Source: Dicyema japonicum (lineage: Eukaryota; Animalia; Dicyemida). Taken from it: a stretch of DNA of 64,000 bases. The translations under genes and the position numbers were made by a program. Every line of letters begins with the position of its first letter. The stretch's first letter is position 1. This document shows positions 48,837 to 61,099 of the stretch, one piece after another. The notes under the pieces are model-generated. The model did no database searches. It was given only the letters and a program-made list of their open reading frames with translations, and was not told the DNA's origin. Location of the stretch: the NCBI GenBank assembly GCA_011109175.1, contig RDEW01000068.1:145900-209899 (forward strand). The letters are read 5' to 3'.

Positions 48837-51800
48837 AAAAACACAATTTGCTGCGATGTGTACATTTTAACTTTACGACTAACGCCAAACCGCAAATAAA
48901 GCCATTTTGGTATTTAATCGCAATTATTAAAACCATAATGTTATAATTGTCAACATTATCCTCCTTGCCTCGTTTCCTACTTAAATAAGCAAAATTAAAC
49001 AAACCGACAACCATTATAGCCATTAGTGAGACCGGATTTCATTGCAAATTGTAGAGGAGGTTGGCTCTTCCTTTTTGCTATCAGTGATCAGATGAATAGC
49101 GAGTTGGACACAGATATACTAAAAATCAATAAGTTATTGTTTGCATTGACCGCCAATGTTAATGAAAACAAAGTTGACTGCGTGCTATAACAATAGTCAA
49201 CGATAATACAATTGATGGGTGCGTGAACAAGTGAAGCATAATAATGAAGTATGGCAATGTAAACACGTATTACATGTCATTAAAGCGACAGTTTTGAACG
49301 TGGAAGGTCATACAATTTGAAGGTCAACACGTGCTACAAAAAATATTCATTGTTTTTTGGCGGGCAATACTGACACGTGATATATTTTATTTTAAAAATT
49401 TATTTGTAATAAAGTTTAATTTTAATATAATTGAGTTTAGTCATTTTAATTTATTTAATTAAAACCAAGATTCACCTCACTTAAAGGTGAATACGTGGTG
49501 ATCCCGGCCTCCTTAAGCACCCGTCTCATTCTTTCTCAGCAGTCTTTCTTGGAATCGACCCACTTTTTGTATGTATGAGATACTTTTTCTGAATTTTGGA
49601 GATGCTATCTAGAAGTTTCTTTACTAAGCTTTCGTTGGGAGGAGAATATTACGTTGCTAACATGTTTACTGAATGCTATGATGGGTCGTACGTGATACCG
49701 AGTAACCTGGTTAAAACTACATAAGGTCATAGTCTGTTAGTCCTATATTTGAAGTAAAGGTCATTGTAAAAGACTTTTCAGGGCTTGTATATAGTAGGTT
49801 CCTCATAAGCCAACTGCTCAGGTTGTCAAGTGGACCTTGCAAGTGAGTATCCAAAGTGTGAACACACTGGTCTTTTGCTGCGACCATTATATCGTCAACA
49901 TAAGAGTTCCAGACTACTGAGGTACAGTCATTCGGCCGATACGTGGTTGTGTGAGCTCAAAAGAGGAGCATCGGGCCAAGTTGAGTTATTTGTTGGAGTG
50001 TGCTGGGATCACGTGATTAGTTAGTTTGTGTAACCTTGGTCTCTGGTGTTGTTGTTATTATTACTAGCGGATTATTGTCCGTGTCACTCTTTCAAGAGAT
50101 TCAAGAAATAATAAACTATCAAATGAATAAGACCGTTCCTGAGACGTTTGATGGGAAACCGTGATTAGACCTAACATTCAGGAAAACAAGATCATCTATA
50201 CCGGTTCGGAGTCATTTCTGACTAAAGATGTGCTTTTGTCTAGGAAGATATCACTCACTGCAATATTTCGTCTACTTAACTTTGGAAAATAGCACAATTG
50301 CCATTGATTCACTGTCAGCTTTCCTCGAATCAACCAACAAAGACATGCGTGCTCAGCTAAGAGAATTTATTGAGAGAATTTGTTGATTTGAAGCTCAAAC
50401 CTGTCTTGGAATGCGCATATTCTTGCGATCCCTTTCGAAGAATATCACGTTTGAGGAGTTTGACGTTTAAATGTAGGTGGGAAATCAAAAATTACGTTCT
50501 TCCCATTGAAGAGTGTGAATTGAAGATAAAATGAATGAGATTTCTGTATTAATGACAATCAGACTCATAATTTGAATCATTTGGCCGTGAAAGGCTCTAT
50601 AGTTTCCCAAAATCAAAATTTACAAAGTTATTATGCGACAAGATAATGGCGGTAATCAAAATAAAGAAGTTTCCATTGCAGATCAAATCTTACCAAAAAT
50701 ACGAATTGAATCATGCGAAAGTGTGATGTTTACAATAAAGGATGAGGAAGGCGGCGAAAGAATGTCAGTGCATAGAAGTCGAATTAAAAATATGACTAAT
50801 TTTCTTTATTTGGGAATTTCTACAATATCAGAAAGTATTAAAAACCGTGAAAAATGGGAAAACTGTGAAAATACGATTAAATCTCAAGACAGCCAAGTGG
50901 AAAGCATCACCAACTTGATAATTCACTTGCTGAATGGATGCAATCAATGGTCTGAGGATATCATCATTTCAAAAGCAAGTATTTAATGTAAAGCCAATGA
51001 TCTTGAATTTAGTAAAGGCTCATAGATTTAAGGGAAGATATAATCTTAAACTAAAAGTTCTTCATGGGGAAGCTAACAGAGTATGAAATTTGAATAGACA
51101 AACATGATTATGTTAAAAGAAGTTGACCCTGACGTATTGCTACTCATGGATGAAATTGAAATTTTTTTCAATGCTCCAAGCCACGTTTCAACAAAATTTT
51201 TTGAAAATTGAAATTTTATTCCTTCCAAAAAACACAACTGCTCATCTTCAATCATTGGATCCAGGTACCTCACGCAAGGAATGAAGTAAGAGAAGACACA
51301 ATAAAAATTGTTTCAAAAAGACAAGGGCAATTAAATGTGATTCATTTGCTAATGAAGATATGCAAGGTTCTGTTTTGAAGAAAATTAGAAGAACTTGCTA
51401 ACGAGGGAGACATAACTCAAACAAAAATGCTCGACGAGAACGAAATCTTCACCCTTTTTGCGACGAAACGCAACGGCCAAAAGCGAACACTCCATAAATA
51501 TTATTCCAATGGATCTAGTGTGGCGATAAAATTAAGGACGACCGTAAGAATAGGTCCCATTCTTCTGTGTCGGGATGACCACATAAGGGGGACATCCGTA
51601 TGATGACTTCATTGTCTTACATTAATTGAATTGTAGGGGGAAATGTTTCCTGCAATTGAATTCAGGAGAACAGCTGAGAATAAACTACTGCTAATTTATT
51701 AACCACAAAACCATAAGAAGATAAGAGTTATCGTTCAATTAAGTGATCATGGTGTCCATGCCTTGTTTCCTCTATTCCTGCAAACTGAGAAATGTTCAAA

Positions 51801-52098
51801 AATTCCAATTGACTGACCTAATATGACTGACCTCCTTATCATGCAGACTCGGAGACGGAATGAATAAAAATTCTAAAGCCCAAGGTATCATTAAACACGC
51901 GATCCTGACACTCTCCAGCAGAGATCTCATCTTTACCCAATGTTTACACAAACACATATCGAGCGTATAATCGAGTGATTATTATTATTATTACTAGATT
52001 CTTATAAATTAGGGATGGTGTCCATTATTTTAAAAAATTAATAATAACCGACAGCAAAAATAATAAATATTTATATAAAAAACATAATATATTTCAAA

Positions 52099-52811
52099 AT
52101 GGACATTCCTTGTTGGGTCACTTTTATCTATTATTTTATAACATTTCTCAGTTCATAGGGTTATCCACATTACTGTATTATAGGTGGTCTTATATTCTGT
52201 ATTCCACACTCTACTCGTTTGTTAATACTACGACAACTAGACAATTCTCAGATTCGGTATCAATATTCCAAACCCTAGCCATTATGGAGGTAAGTCTACT
52301 TAATTATTGCAGATACTCCACTCATACAGCAGATTGGTCAAATCTAGTCCTCTATTACAACCTTACAAGTGTCCTCCCGTCTCTTTATTTGGTGGGTAAC
52401 TGTCAAGTCAGTTCCCACGTGGCCAAATAATCTTCTTGTACAGTCACTACTGATGGCATGGTCACTTTCCGAGGTGATCCGTTATCTGTTGTACACCATA
52501 AACTTGCTGATGTTATCTTCCTTGATTCTCTTGTGGTGTAGATACTCCTTCTTTATAGTTTTGTATCCAATCGGAGTGACTGTACTTGTGCTTATAATGC
52601 TAGTGTGAGCTACTCCTTCTTTATAATACTATACAGTACGCACGTGGGTGGGGACTCACTATGCCTAATGCAGCCAACTTTGAAGTAACATTTGACTATG
52701 TGATTGCCTTGTTGATGTTGTCGTACATTCCTTGTATTCTTTTTTTTCATTTCAGACTTTCCCCCGCTTTACAACCACATGCTGAAACAGAGGAGAAAGA
52801 TGCTCAGTTGA
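52099..52811 (+). CDS. HACD: HACD/PTPLA, right copy (two single-base deletions)
   Basis: Mirror of 18159-18873; a G is missing at codon 2 and a T near 52351. Confidence 0.8.
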
Positions 52812-53928
52812 TTTTGTGACTTTTTTGTTTGGCTCAGGCTCTATTATTGTGTTGTAGATTTACTAAGTTTCCCACTCTCTTCCATCTTAACTACGAGTGA
52901 CTATTTTAACTACAATCTAATCACCCTAGCAACTTCATTCACTCTAGCTGGCTAACTTTTTTAGAGCCGGAGTGGACGATCTACCTTGTAACAATTCTAT
53001 TTACCTCTGCCCCCGATACTTTTCAACTGATTCTTTGCTGAAATTCCGATAGCGAGAGGATAAACGATAATAATGTTATTGGTCTAAGCTTCATCTCGCA
53101 GATTAAAACCATAATATAATTGTATAGGCGTCGTAATACATTCATGATTGTGATATAATATTGGCATATAGTCACTATTAAATTTAAATATTCATTAGAA
53201 TTCAAATGATTATACTAATCGGCACTTATTGAATAATAATGTTATTGGTCTAACCTTCATCTCGCAGATAAATTCATAATATAATTGTATAGGCGTCGTA
53301 GTTTGAATCCTGCAGGGTATAGTAAATTTATTCAATTATTCTGTTACACGGCGTAGTCGGGTCCACTCTAAGAATATGTCCAAATAGTTGCCATCTCGAT
53401 AGAACAACGTCCATTCTAATTGGTGTAGATTTACATAGAGCACATAGTTTCTCGTTTGAGATTTTTCTTGGCCAGAAGATTCAGTCAGTATGCGCAGTTG
53501 GCTTCTGTGGAAAGTATCTAGCCTCTCTAAATCGTTTTTGAGGTTCCCAATGTTCCGGAATTGTATATCAGTATTGGCTTGATAAACGTGTCGTATAGTC
53601 TGACACGAAGTTTCAGTGATACATGCCTCTTTCTTATCCAGATGTTGTACATTTTTTTTAAATGTTTTTATATTTATCTTTAATTTGTATTGTATTCTTC
53701 TGGATAACGGGATATTCCTCTTCAATGGGGGTCAAAACACTAAATTGGTGGTTAATTTGTCTCAGGGCCAAGATGATACCAGTAAGGATCATTTGTTATC
53801 CCCCATTTCACTGGATCATTCCTTGGAGGGAGTACTGGTCTATCTGCTTGTGAGTTATGAAAATTAATTAATGTACGGTAGTATATTGAAATGAGTCCAT
53901 AATTAATGCTACTTGCGTAAAAGACAAA

Positions 53929-56173
53929 ATGTTCTGGGTGGTTGCATGTTTTATACAACTGAGTGGACAAAGGGAAAAATGCGTACGATTCATCAGACTC
54001 AAAGACGAAAAGTGCCGATTAATAGTAGGAGGTGGCAATATACAAATTCAAATTCATCACTACGGAAAATATGATAAAAATATTACAACCTCATTGAAAA
54101 TATTTCTTGATGATGTTATAAAAGCTTACAAATTTGGCATCAACGTAGAGGTACTGTTGAATTGCGAGGGAGAGAAGATCAGATCAGAAATCGAAGACTA
54201 TATTAATAAGCACCTCCTTCAAACAGTAAAATCGAGGAGTCAGGATATATTTAAAGTCAAAAAATGTATAGTAAAAGAACCAAACAAAGTCAGAATTGAG
54301 TATAAAAGCAAGAGCATCGAGATAAAGGAAATTAAATACCAGAACTCTTTCGATAATGAATCTGAAGATCCCCAACTCACAGTCAAGTTATCGTTCTTCG
54401 TATTTACGGACGAATTGGCAGAAACCATCAGTCAAATTTACCACAAAACTAAAAAAAATAGAGTCGTACTGTTCACTGATGGAGATAAAGAAGTCGAAAA
54501 TTTCGTCAAAAAATTAAATAAAAAAGGAGTGTGCGTAGCAAAAGACCCATCTTCTTTGGATTTGAATGATGACGAAATTATTATCCTTATTCGTGAGGAT
54601 GTCTCCCCTTATATAAATTCTTATGTAAATGCCAATACGAAGGGAATTATAATTGCTGTCCCCACAAATGTCTTCAATACGTCGACTTTTCGAAAAGTCC
54701 CCAATCTGTACATAATATCCCACAATTTCATCAATGTTGGACTTTCACATCAACTCCCTCGCATTGATAAATTCATGGAAGGCAACAGAGGCATCATGTT
54801 GATTGCAGCAATCTCCATTGCAAATAATGCTCTTATACGATGTTCTGGGGGTTACTCGTTTTAGTAAAAATAGAAAGTCAGTGTGATAATATAATGCAGG
54901 AGATGCTAAAGGGAACAGATATAACAAACCCTCCTCTAACATTCTCGGAATATGGAAAAATACAAATTTCACAAATAATAATTTTCCCTCAAACAGACCC
55001 ATTAGGAAATCTAATCCACTACGAATTATCATCCACGGATAAAACATGGGTTAAAAAAATAATGGGGGATGTAGATTCAACCAAAAATAGCTTGGAATGC
55101 CCGTATGGTCATGCGAAAGTAATCGAGACAAGCATATGCGTTAGGTGCATAAAATGTGAAGAGAATTCATTTGTGAATGAAACAGAGAAAAAATGCCAAA
55201 AATGTCCTTATGACATGATCCCAGCTAAAGATTTCTTAAATTCGTAGTTTTTTGGTGGTAACTTTCAGGTGTCGGACAATTAATTTTACGACCTACATTC
55301 TTACAAATAATTCTAAGCTAACGATTTTTTACATAATGACGGCCGACTTTATCGTCATCTTTATATTCGTGATTATCTTCATTTCCAAGTCAAAATCAAA
55401 GCTATTCGTGTACACTGACCTGTCCATCCACGTAAACCTTTTTATCTCCAAATTCATGATCTACTTTTCCGGTGTGTTTACGTTCACATTCCTCTCTAAT
55501 AAAATATGTTGGGTATGTTGTGCTGTAATACCTCAGATTTATTACTTCCTCCCCAATCTCTCAGTCTCCATTATTTACTTGTCGATTCTCGTAAGAATTG
55601 TGAAAATCTACAGGAACAAAATGTTAGTAAGGATCCTTACTGATGAGGAGAAAAGCCGAGTATTCAAAAAGGACTCCAAATTTACTTTTATTATCACAGC
55701 CATTTTAATCTTCCTGCACGTTTGTCCCATATTTAACTATACAGGCTATATTTTACTTTGGAATCACCTTCACTGGGAGAACGAAGTATTACATCAAAAC
55801 TGAAACCTTCGTCAAGCATAAGTACCCCCTATGTCTTAAAAGTAATTTGAATTATTGGCTTCTCATCGTCATAACATTTCTCCCCCTTTTTGTCATCATC
55901 TATATTGCTTACTTGAAGCGAAAGAGCAGCAAAAACTACAACGAGGTGAAGGCCATTATTGCTGGGGTTGCTATTATTCTCGGGATTTGGGTGATGTATC
56001 TCCCCAGTCTTGGCAAGTCAGACGCGATTTATGGGATCTTTATTGATTATCTTATCCTTACCGTTCACGGATCCGTCATTATTTTTATTATCACTGGAAC
56101 TAAATTGTATGCTATTTTTTTTGTGGATGAAAAAAATCAAATCTTACAAAAATATACTCTTTTTGCGATGTGA
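53929..56173 (+). CDS. Class C GPCR-like receptor, right copy
   Basis: Same 2245-nt span and exon structure as 14797-17041; first intron 54851-54873 (23 nt). Confidence 0.82.
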
Positions 56174-57477
56174 CATTAATTAGTATTTAACGGATTTAAT
56201 AATAGTTCAGAAATCTTGGCCAACTTATTAGCTTTATAAATTCTCAGTCTTTGTTGAGTTCCTTGTTCACTTAACTCTAGAGTCCCTTAGTGTCGACCAT
56301 TTGCTCTTTTCCATTTTACTGGATCATTCCTTGAAAGGGTCCCAACAATTCGGTTCAAGCAAATGATCTTTTATTATGGAGGTTCAATAATCTCGTATTC
56401 CTCAACCTACTACCTATCGTTTGGTAAGAGATGGGGATAAACCTGATGGTCGTGAGGGAAATTATCAGAAGCAGTCCATAATCTGTGATTTCATTGAAGA
56501 CTATAAAGTCAAAGTTCTAACAGATCTTTCCTGGTTGTAACAAAAAGTTATATCTACGGGGGCAGTATTCATGTACTTGGACCCATTAATCACTAAGAGA
56601 GTAAGGATTTTACCTGAGAAAGCCAATAAATTAGAAAATAGAGAAAAGTGCTAAGTTTTTGCGAAAAAATATAGATTGACCACGTCATCACTGATCCATC
56701 ACTAAGGAACGTCTCGGAGACTCACATCCAAGCAAAAAAGAACAAAAATTAAGAACACTCATGATTTTTTGATTAATTAGCATGACTGCTCTTCTTTCTG
56801 AAATGAATCAAGTCGTCGTAAAGAAACGTCTCCAATACTCCGCTTGGAATGTGGTTGGGCCAGGATCCACTTTCGGAGAAGTTCTTGACAACATACAATC
56901 AAAGTGTTGGTGGTTGTGATTCCAGTATTTTTTAAATTATTTTTGCAAACAACATCTTCCAGACTTAGTTTTAGGTTCAGAAATGGAGGAGGTGCGAATA
57001 AGAACGATTCCAGTTTTTTAGGTCCACTACATGCTTGTGTTGGATCGAGGAAAGATCACCGGGCTAAGCTGAGAGTCCTATTGAAATTCGCCGAGATCAC
57101 ATAATTTTTTGTTTTTGTCTTTTACTGTGGTCTTTGAAAATAAATTTCAATTTCAAATTAAGTCAAAATTTTTATTGATTTTTATTTTTTAATTTTTCTA
57201 GTTTTTAAATAAAATACTAGCGTGGGATCAATTATCATCATTCACTGTGTTGCCGCGTTCAATCAAGAATGAAATTGAAAAGATTGAGTCTGTTTTAGAA
57301 AATATCCTGATGAATTTTCTACCAATTCACAAAGAAATGTGGGACATCTGTAACTGCAAAAAAGCAATTTTTATTGAATCACATAGATCGTCTAAGAAAC
57401 ATATCAAACTCATATTTCATACGAACGATCCTTACATAGCGAAGTTGACTACACTATGATATTTTTTTATTTTTTTT

Positions 57478-57673
57478 AGCCTTTTCACGAGAGCCATAGT
57501 ATTTTATAGCTCCGCCATAGGCAGGACACACACTTTATTTAAGTAAAGAACAGTTAATTTTAACTAATCGTAGAACCAAGGAATGATCTTCACTTCTTTT
57601 TTTTTTCTTGTGTGAGTGTCCTTTCTAGACAATCCAGTCCGCAGTGAGTATTCACTGATGACGGCGTCACTCG
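57478..57673 (-). mobile_element. 5'-truncated SINE-A copy at the arm discontinuity
   Basis: Direct match to 34968-35158. Confidence 0.8.
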
Positions 57674-59104
57674 TAGAGTGACTCTAGGTCTTCCTCTGAA
57701 TGACGGTTTGTTCTCATTGTTAAAGTAAACCTGCTTGAGGATTAAATATTAACTTTTTCTGTTGGCTAAATAAAGTTTAGTTATATTTTAATAAATATCA
57801 AAATATGAATATTTAAAATTAATAATTTAAATAATCACGGAAATGTATCAAATAACCAAAATAAATCACATTGCTGTGCAATTCCGGCCATTCAAAATAT
57901 TGGGAGAGTTTTTAAGGACATCTTGAACCTAAAACCTTCAAATCCAGAAGTAGGTTAGTGTAATTCTTAGTCACTGCCTTCTCAAGGAGTGACGGTTTCT
58001 TTTATGAACCTGAATAACACCAAAATTGAAGTTAGTCAATTGATTATTCTTAGTTTATCGCTCCCTTTGGGGAGAAAAGTCAATTTTGAAATTTTTGAAG
58101 AAGCAGAACGAAGGAATCCACCACATATGTCTAGAAGTAGTCTGTTTATTCAACAAAGGTGCCCGCCTTGGATGAATTGATCGAAAGGTTAAGGGAAAAC
58201 AACATTAGGACACTTTCCCCCACTCCCACAATCGGCGCTCACGGGAAACGAATAATGTTTCATTCACCCAAAGGACTGCCATGGAGTGCTCATTGAGTTA
58301 GAAGAACAATAAATACTAACTAATGGTTATTACCTAACAACGTGACTATTTTAGAAACCTCTAGGGATCACATCAAAGCTAGACTTACTATACCCATTTG
58401 TATAAATTTTCATATCGATAAGTAGCCAATATGGTAAAATTAAAGTTGTTACACTAAAATAAACGTTACAGTGCTTGACCTTGATGCTACAGACACTAGG
58501 GTTGGGGTTAGTTCGTTTTCATTCTTAAGTAAAATTTCAACGGAGAGAGAAACTTGTAGTGAAATTTAATTTTGTGGTAAATAGGTCAATCAGGCCGCTG
58601 TATGACCTTATTTTTATTATTAATATAGTAAAGAAAACAAAAACAATTTATTACGTAAAAGACAATCAAAATAATCCAGCTGATAGAGTGGAATGGCTGT
58701 TTCCCTGACAACTGCCAGAGAAATCCTTTGGAACAGCCATTCGGTTTCCCGACGTAGATTACTCACTTTCGATATCATTGACTCAAGCGATCTTAGAAAA
58801 GATACCTTTTTGGGCAGAAAGACTCCGCTTGTCTCGAAGAAACGGGTCTGGTGAGATGCTGTCGTATTTTTTATCTTGAAATTCTCGAAAGTCCGAGCAG
58901 CTTCCCCACTTTCAGCGCGGAACCAGCAAGTCTTTACTAGGAAAAAGTATTGGTGCAAGGCCCATCCCAAATCAAGTATTGTCCCTGATAAAAGAAGACA
59001 GTTCCCCGTCCGGCGCAATTACATAGTAAAGATCACTGACCCTCCTAAACAAAATCGGATCGCAGAGAAAAAATTATAAATTTAAAAAGAGAAGAGTTGG
59101 CTAG
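57673..59104. repeat. Outer segment of right arm of inverted duplication
   Basis: Reverse complement of 1-1429. Confidence 0.95.
57843..58312 (+). CDS. MCEE: Methylmalonyl-CoA epimerase, right copy (several single-base indels)
   Basis: Mirror of 789-1259; its indels differ from the left copy's. Confidence 0.85.
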
Positions 59105-60793
59105 TATGGAGCCTTCATTTTAACTTAACAGTAATGGCATTGGACATTAAACCACGTGCCAACATAATATCAAATCGTCAACATAAAAACCGATTTTTAA
59201 TTAGAATCAAAATGGTCAAATATACAAGTCAATCTAAAGCAGTCTGAAAATCTGTGCGGATTATAGAGGGGACCTCCATTGTAAATGTCAACAAGCTGTT
59301 GTTTCCTCTCTCCAAAACAGTCAGAGTATCCACCATCCACCAGTAATCGAATAATCTCATACTTGCATTCATTATCTACCAAATAAACCCACCACCTACA
59401 CTCAAATGACCTCCCAATCATCACCCTCACAACATATTCCTGAAAACTAATGTTCTTGGAGAACAAATCAGCCATACCCCCACACAGTCATCAGCGATTT
59501 GATCAGCTTTACTGCAGAAAGCGATGAATCGTCCTCCAAAGAGGAACACTTGTGGCAGAGAAGTAAGCATAGATCTCCATTGGAATTCATTAATTCAAAA
59601 AAACCGTCCAGCATTCTCATTGAAACTTGGCGATAGTCTGACACATCTCCAAAACACGAGACGACCAGAAATTATGGGAATCGGGGGTTTTAAGATAGAG
59701 AGAGAACGATATATCCGCCAGTCTCTTTAGGTGGAAAGACTCACGTTCTTCCAATAATGAGTTGAATATTCGATTATTTCTCAAAATCAGAGAAAATGAA
59801 TCAACTACTGTCAAAGAGAGGAGTTTTGTGGATGATTTTTGTATTATAGTGAGGACATCCTCCACATATTTGGACAAATAGTTCTCCAAAACATCCTGAC
59901 CAGCCACGAGTACAACCGAACACAACTGAATATAGCCCCTTTGTGCCATAGAGTCCATTTCGGCAGAAGAAAGTAGTTCAAACGCACGTGTCAAAGGTTT
60001 GAGGAGTGAAAGCAGTCTCCCTGCCTGTTTTGAGTTCTCAGCGAATCCAAGCAGAAGTAGAATCGTCGCCTGCTGCATAAGATAATCGTTCTTAAGACAG
60101 TCTTTGGCCATAAAACTGAGGAATCCGGACAAATCATCGATCAATGACGAGTCTTCATACGAACATTGGAGTATGAGCTGCTTATTAAAGACACTATACC
60201 TCATAAATTGGCATCCTGATGGCAGGATCAGCTTCAAATGTAATCATTATGGACCTTTCTATCTTTGATAGAACCTTTGTGAGGAACTTTGGCTTGTTTT
60301 CTAAGCTTAAATATTAAAATCAACTGAAAATGGACATTAAAATTGATTGTGTGTGCATGGACAGCTCGTCATCAGCCAAATACAAGAAAAGTATCCTCAG
60401 AATCTCAAAATAATCCTCAACGTCCTCATTGATGTTCTTAGTCTGCCATTATAAAGCTAAGTACCAAATATATGCAGATTTTCTTGCAGGACCTTAAGGG
60501 TAACTCCAGCCCTGTCAAAAGCAACTCCTCTGACCCACGGATTTCATAATCATTAAAAATGTCTACTTCCTCCAGCAAACTATCACAGTAACTTGAAATA
60601 AGACTAGTCTCTACTTTTTATCGTCTTCCTCGAGCTGACAAATACGCTTACAGATGATTATAAACAATTCCAACATTTGTCTGGGAGGAATGGTTTCTAG
60701 TTGATTTCCAATTTTTTTGCTTGAAAACATATTTCTGAAGTTACTGAGAAATTGGTCATCATCTGACTTGATAAGACAATTCAATAAATCCAT
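58330..60793 (-). CDS. Multi-exon gene of unknown product (Leu-rich, possibly helical repeat), apparently interrupted by a CRE-like fragment
   Basis: Co-oriented ORFs 60611-60793, 59617-60237 and 59197-59475 with tiny-intron-like gaps; no recognisable motif; may be a pseudogene. Confidence 0.45.
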
Positions 60794-60919
60794 ACGTGAG
60801 TTATTTTAAATAATAATTTATTTATGTTGATTTTTATAAATTATTAATAATAATTTATTATTAAAATATTTTTAATTGGTAAATGTCTAAAGAAAATCAA
60901 AACAATGGAACATTCACGA

Positions 60920-61098
60920 TTTATTAATTAACCCCGGATACACCGAGAAAGAAGTTAAAGTAAACTACTAATTAACTGTGTATCCAGATTTCACTTCTAC
61001 AGAAACAGAGTCCATCCGGAATCAACATAAAGGATAAAAGACGTCCATACTTGCAGTTGTGAAACCTTTCCAGTGGAGTTGGGGAGAGCAAATGATCC
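60920..61098 (-). mobile_element. 5'-truncated SINE-B copy
   Basis: Reverse complement of about 9451-9625. Confidence 0.85.
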
Positions 61099-61099
61099 T

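Larger units (their letters stand above)
42020..57410. repeat. Inner segment of right arm of inverted duplication
   Basis: Reverse complement of 13557-29212, with a ~390-bp deletion at about 43808 and a minisatellite expansion at about 47283-47550. Confidence 0.97.

Noticed and set aside
13557-57410. Simple amplification or sequencing fold-back chimera as the cause of the palindrome
   Set aside because: The arms carry substitutions with a selection-like pattern and large indels, which copying one molecule would not give. A haplotype misjoin remains possible.
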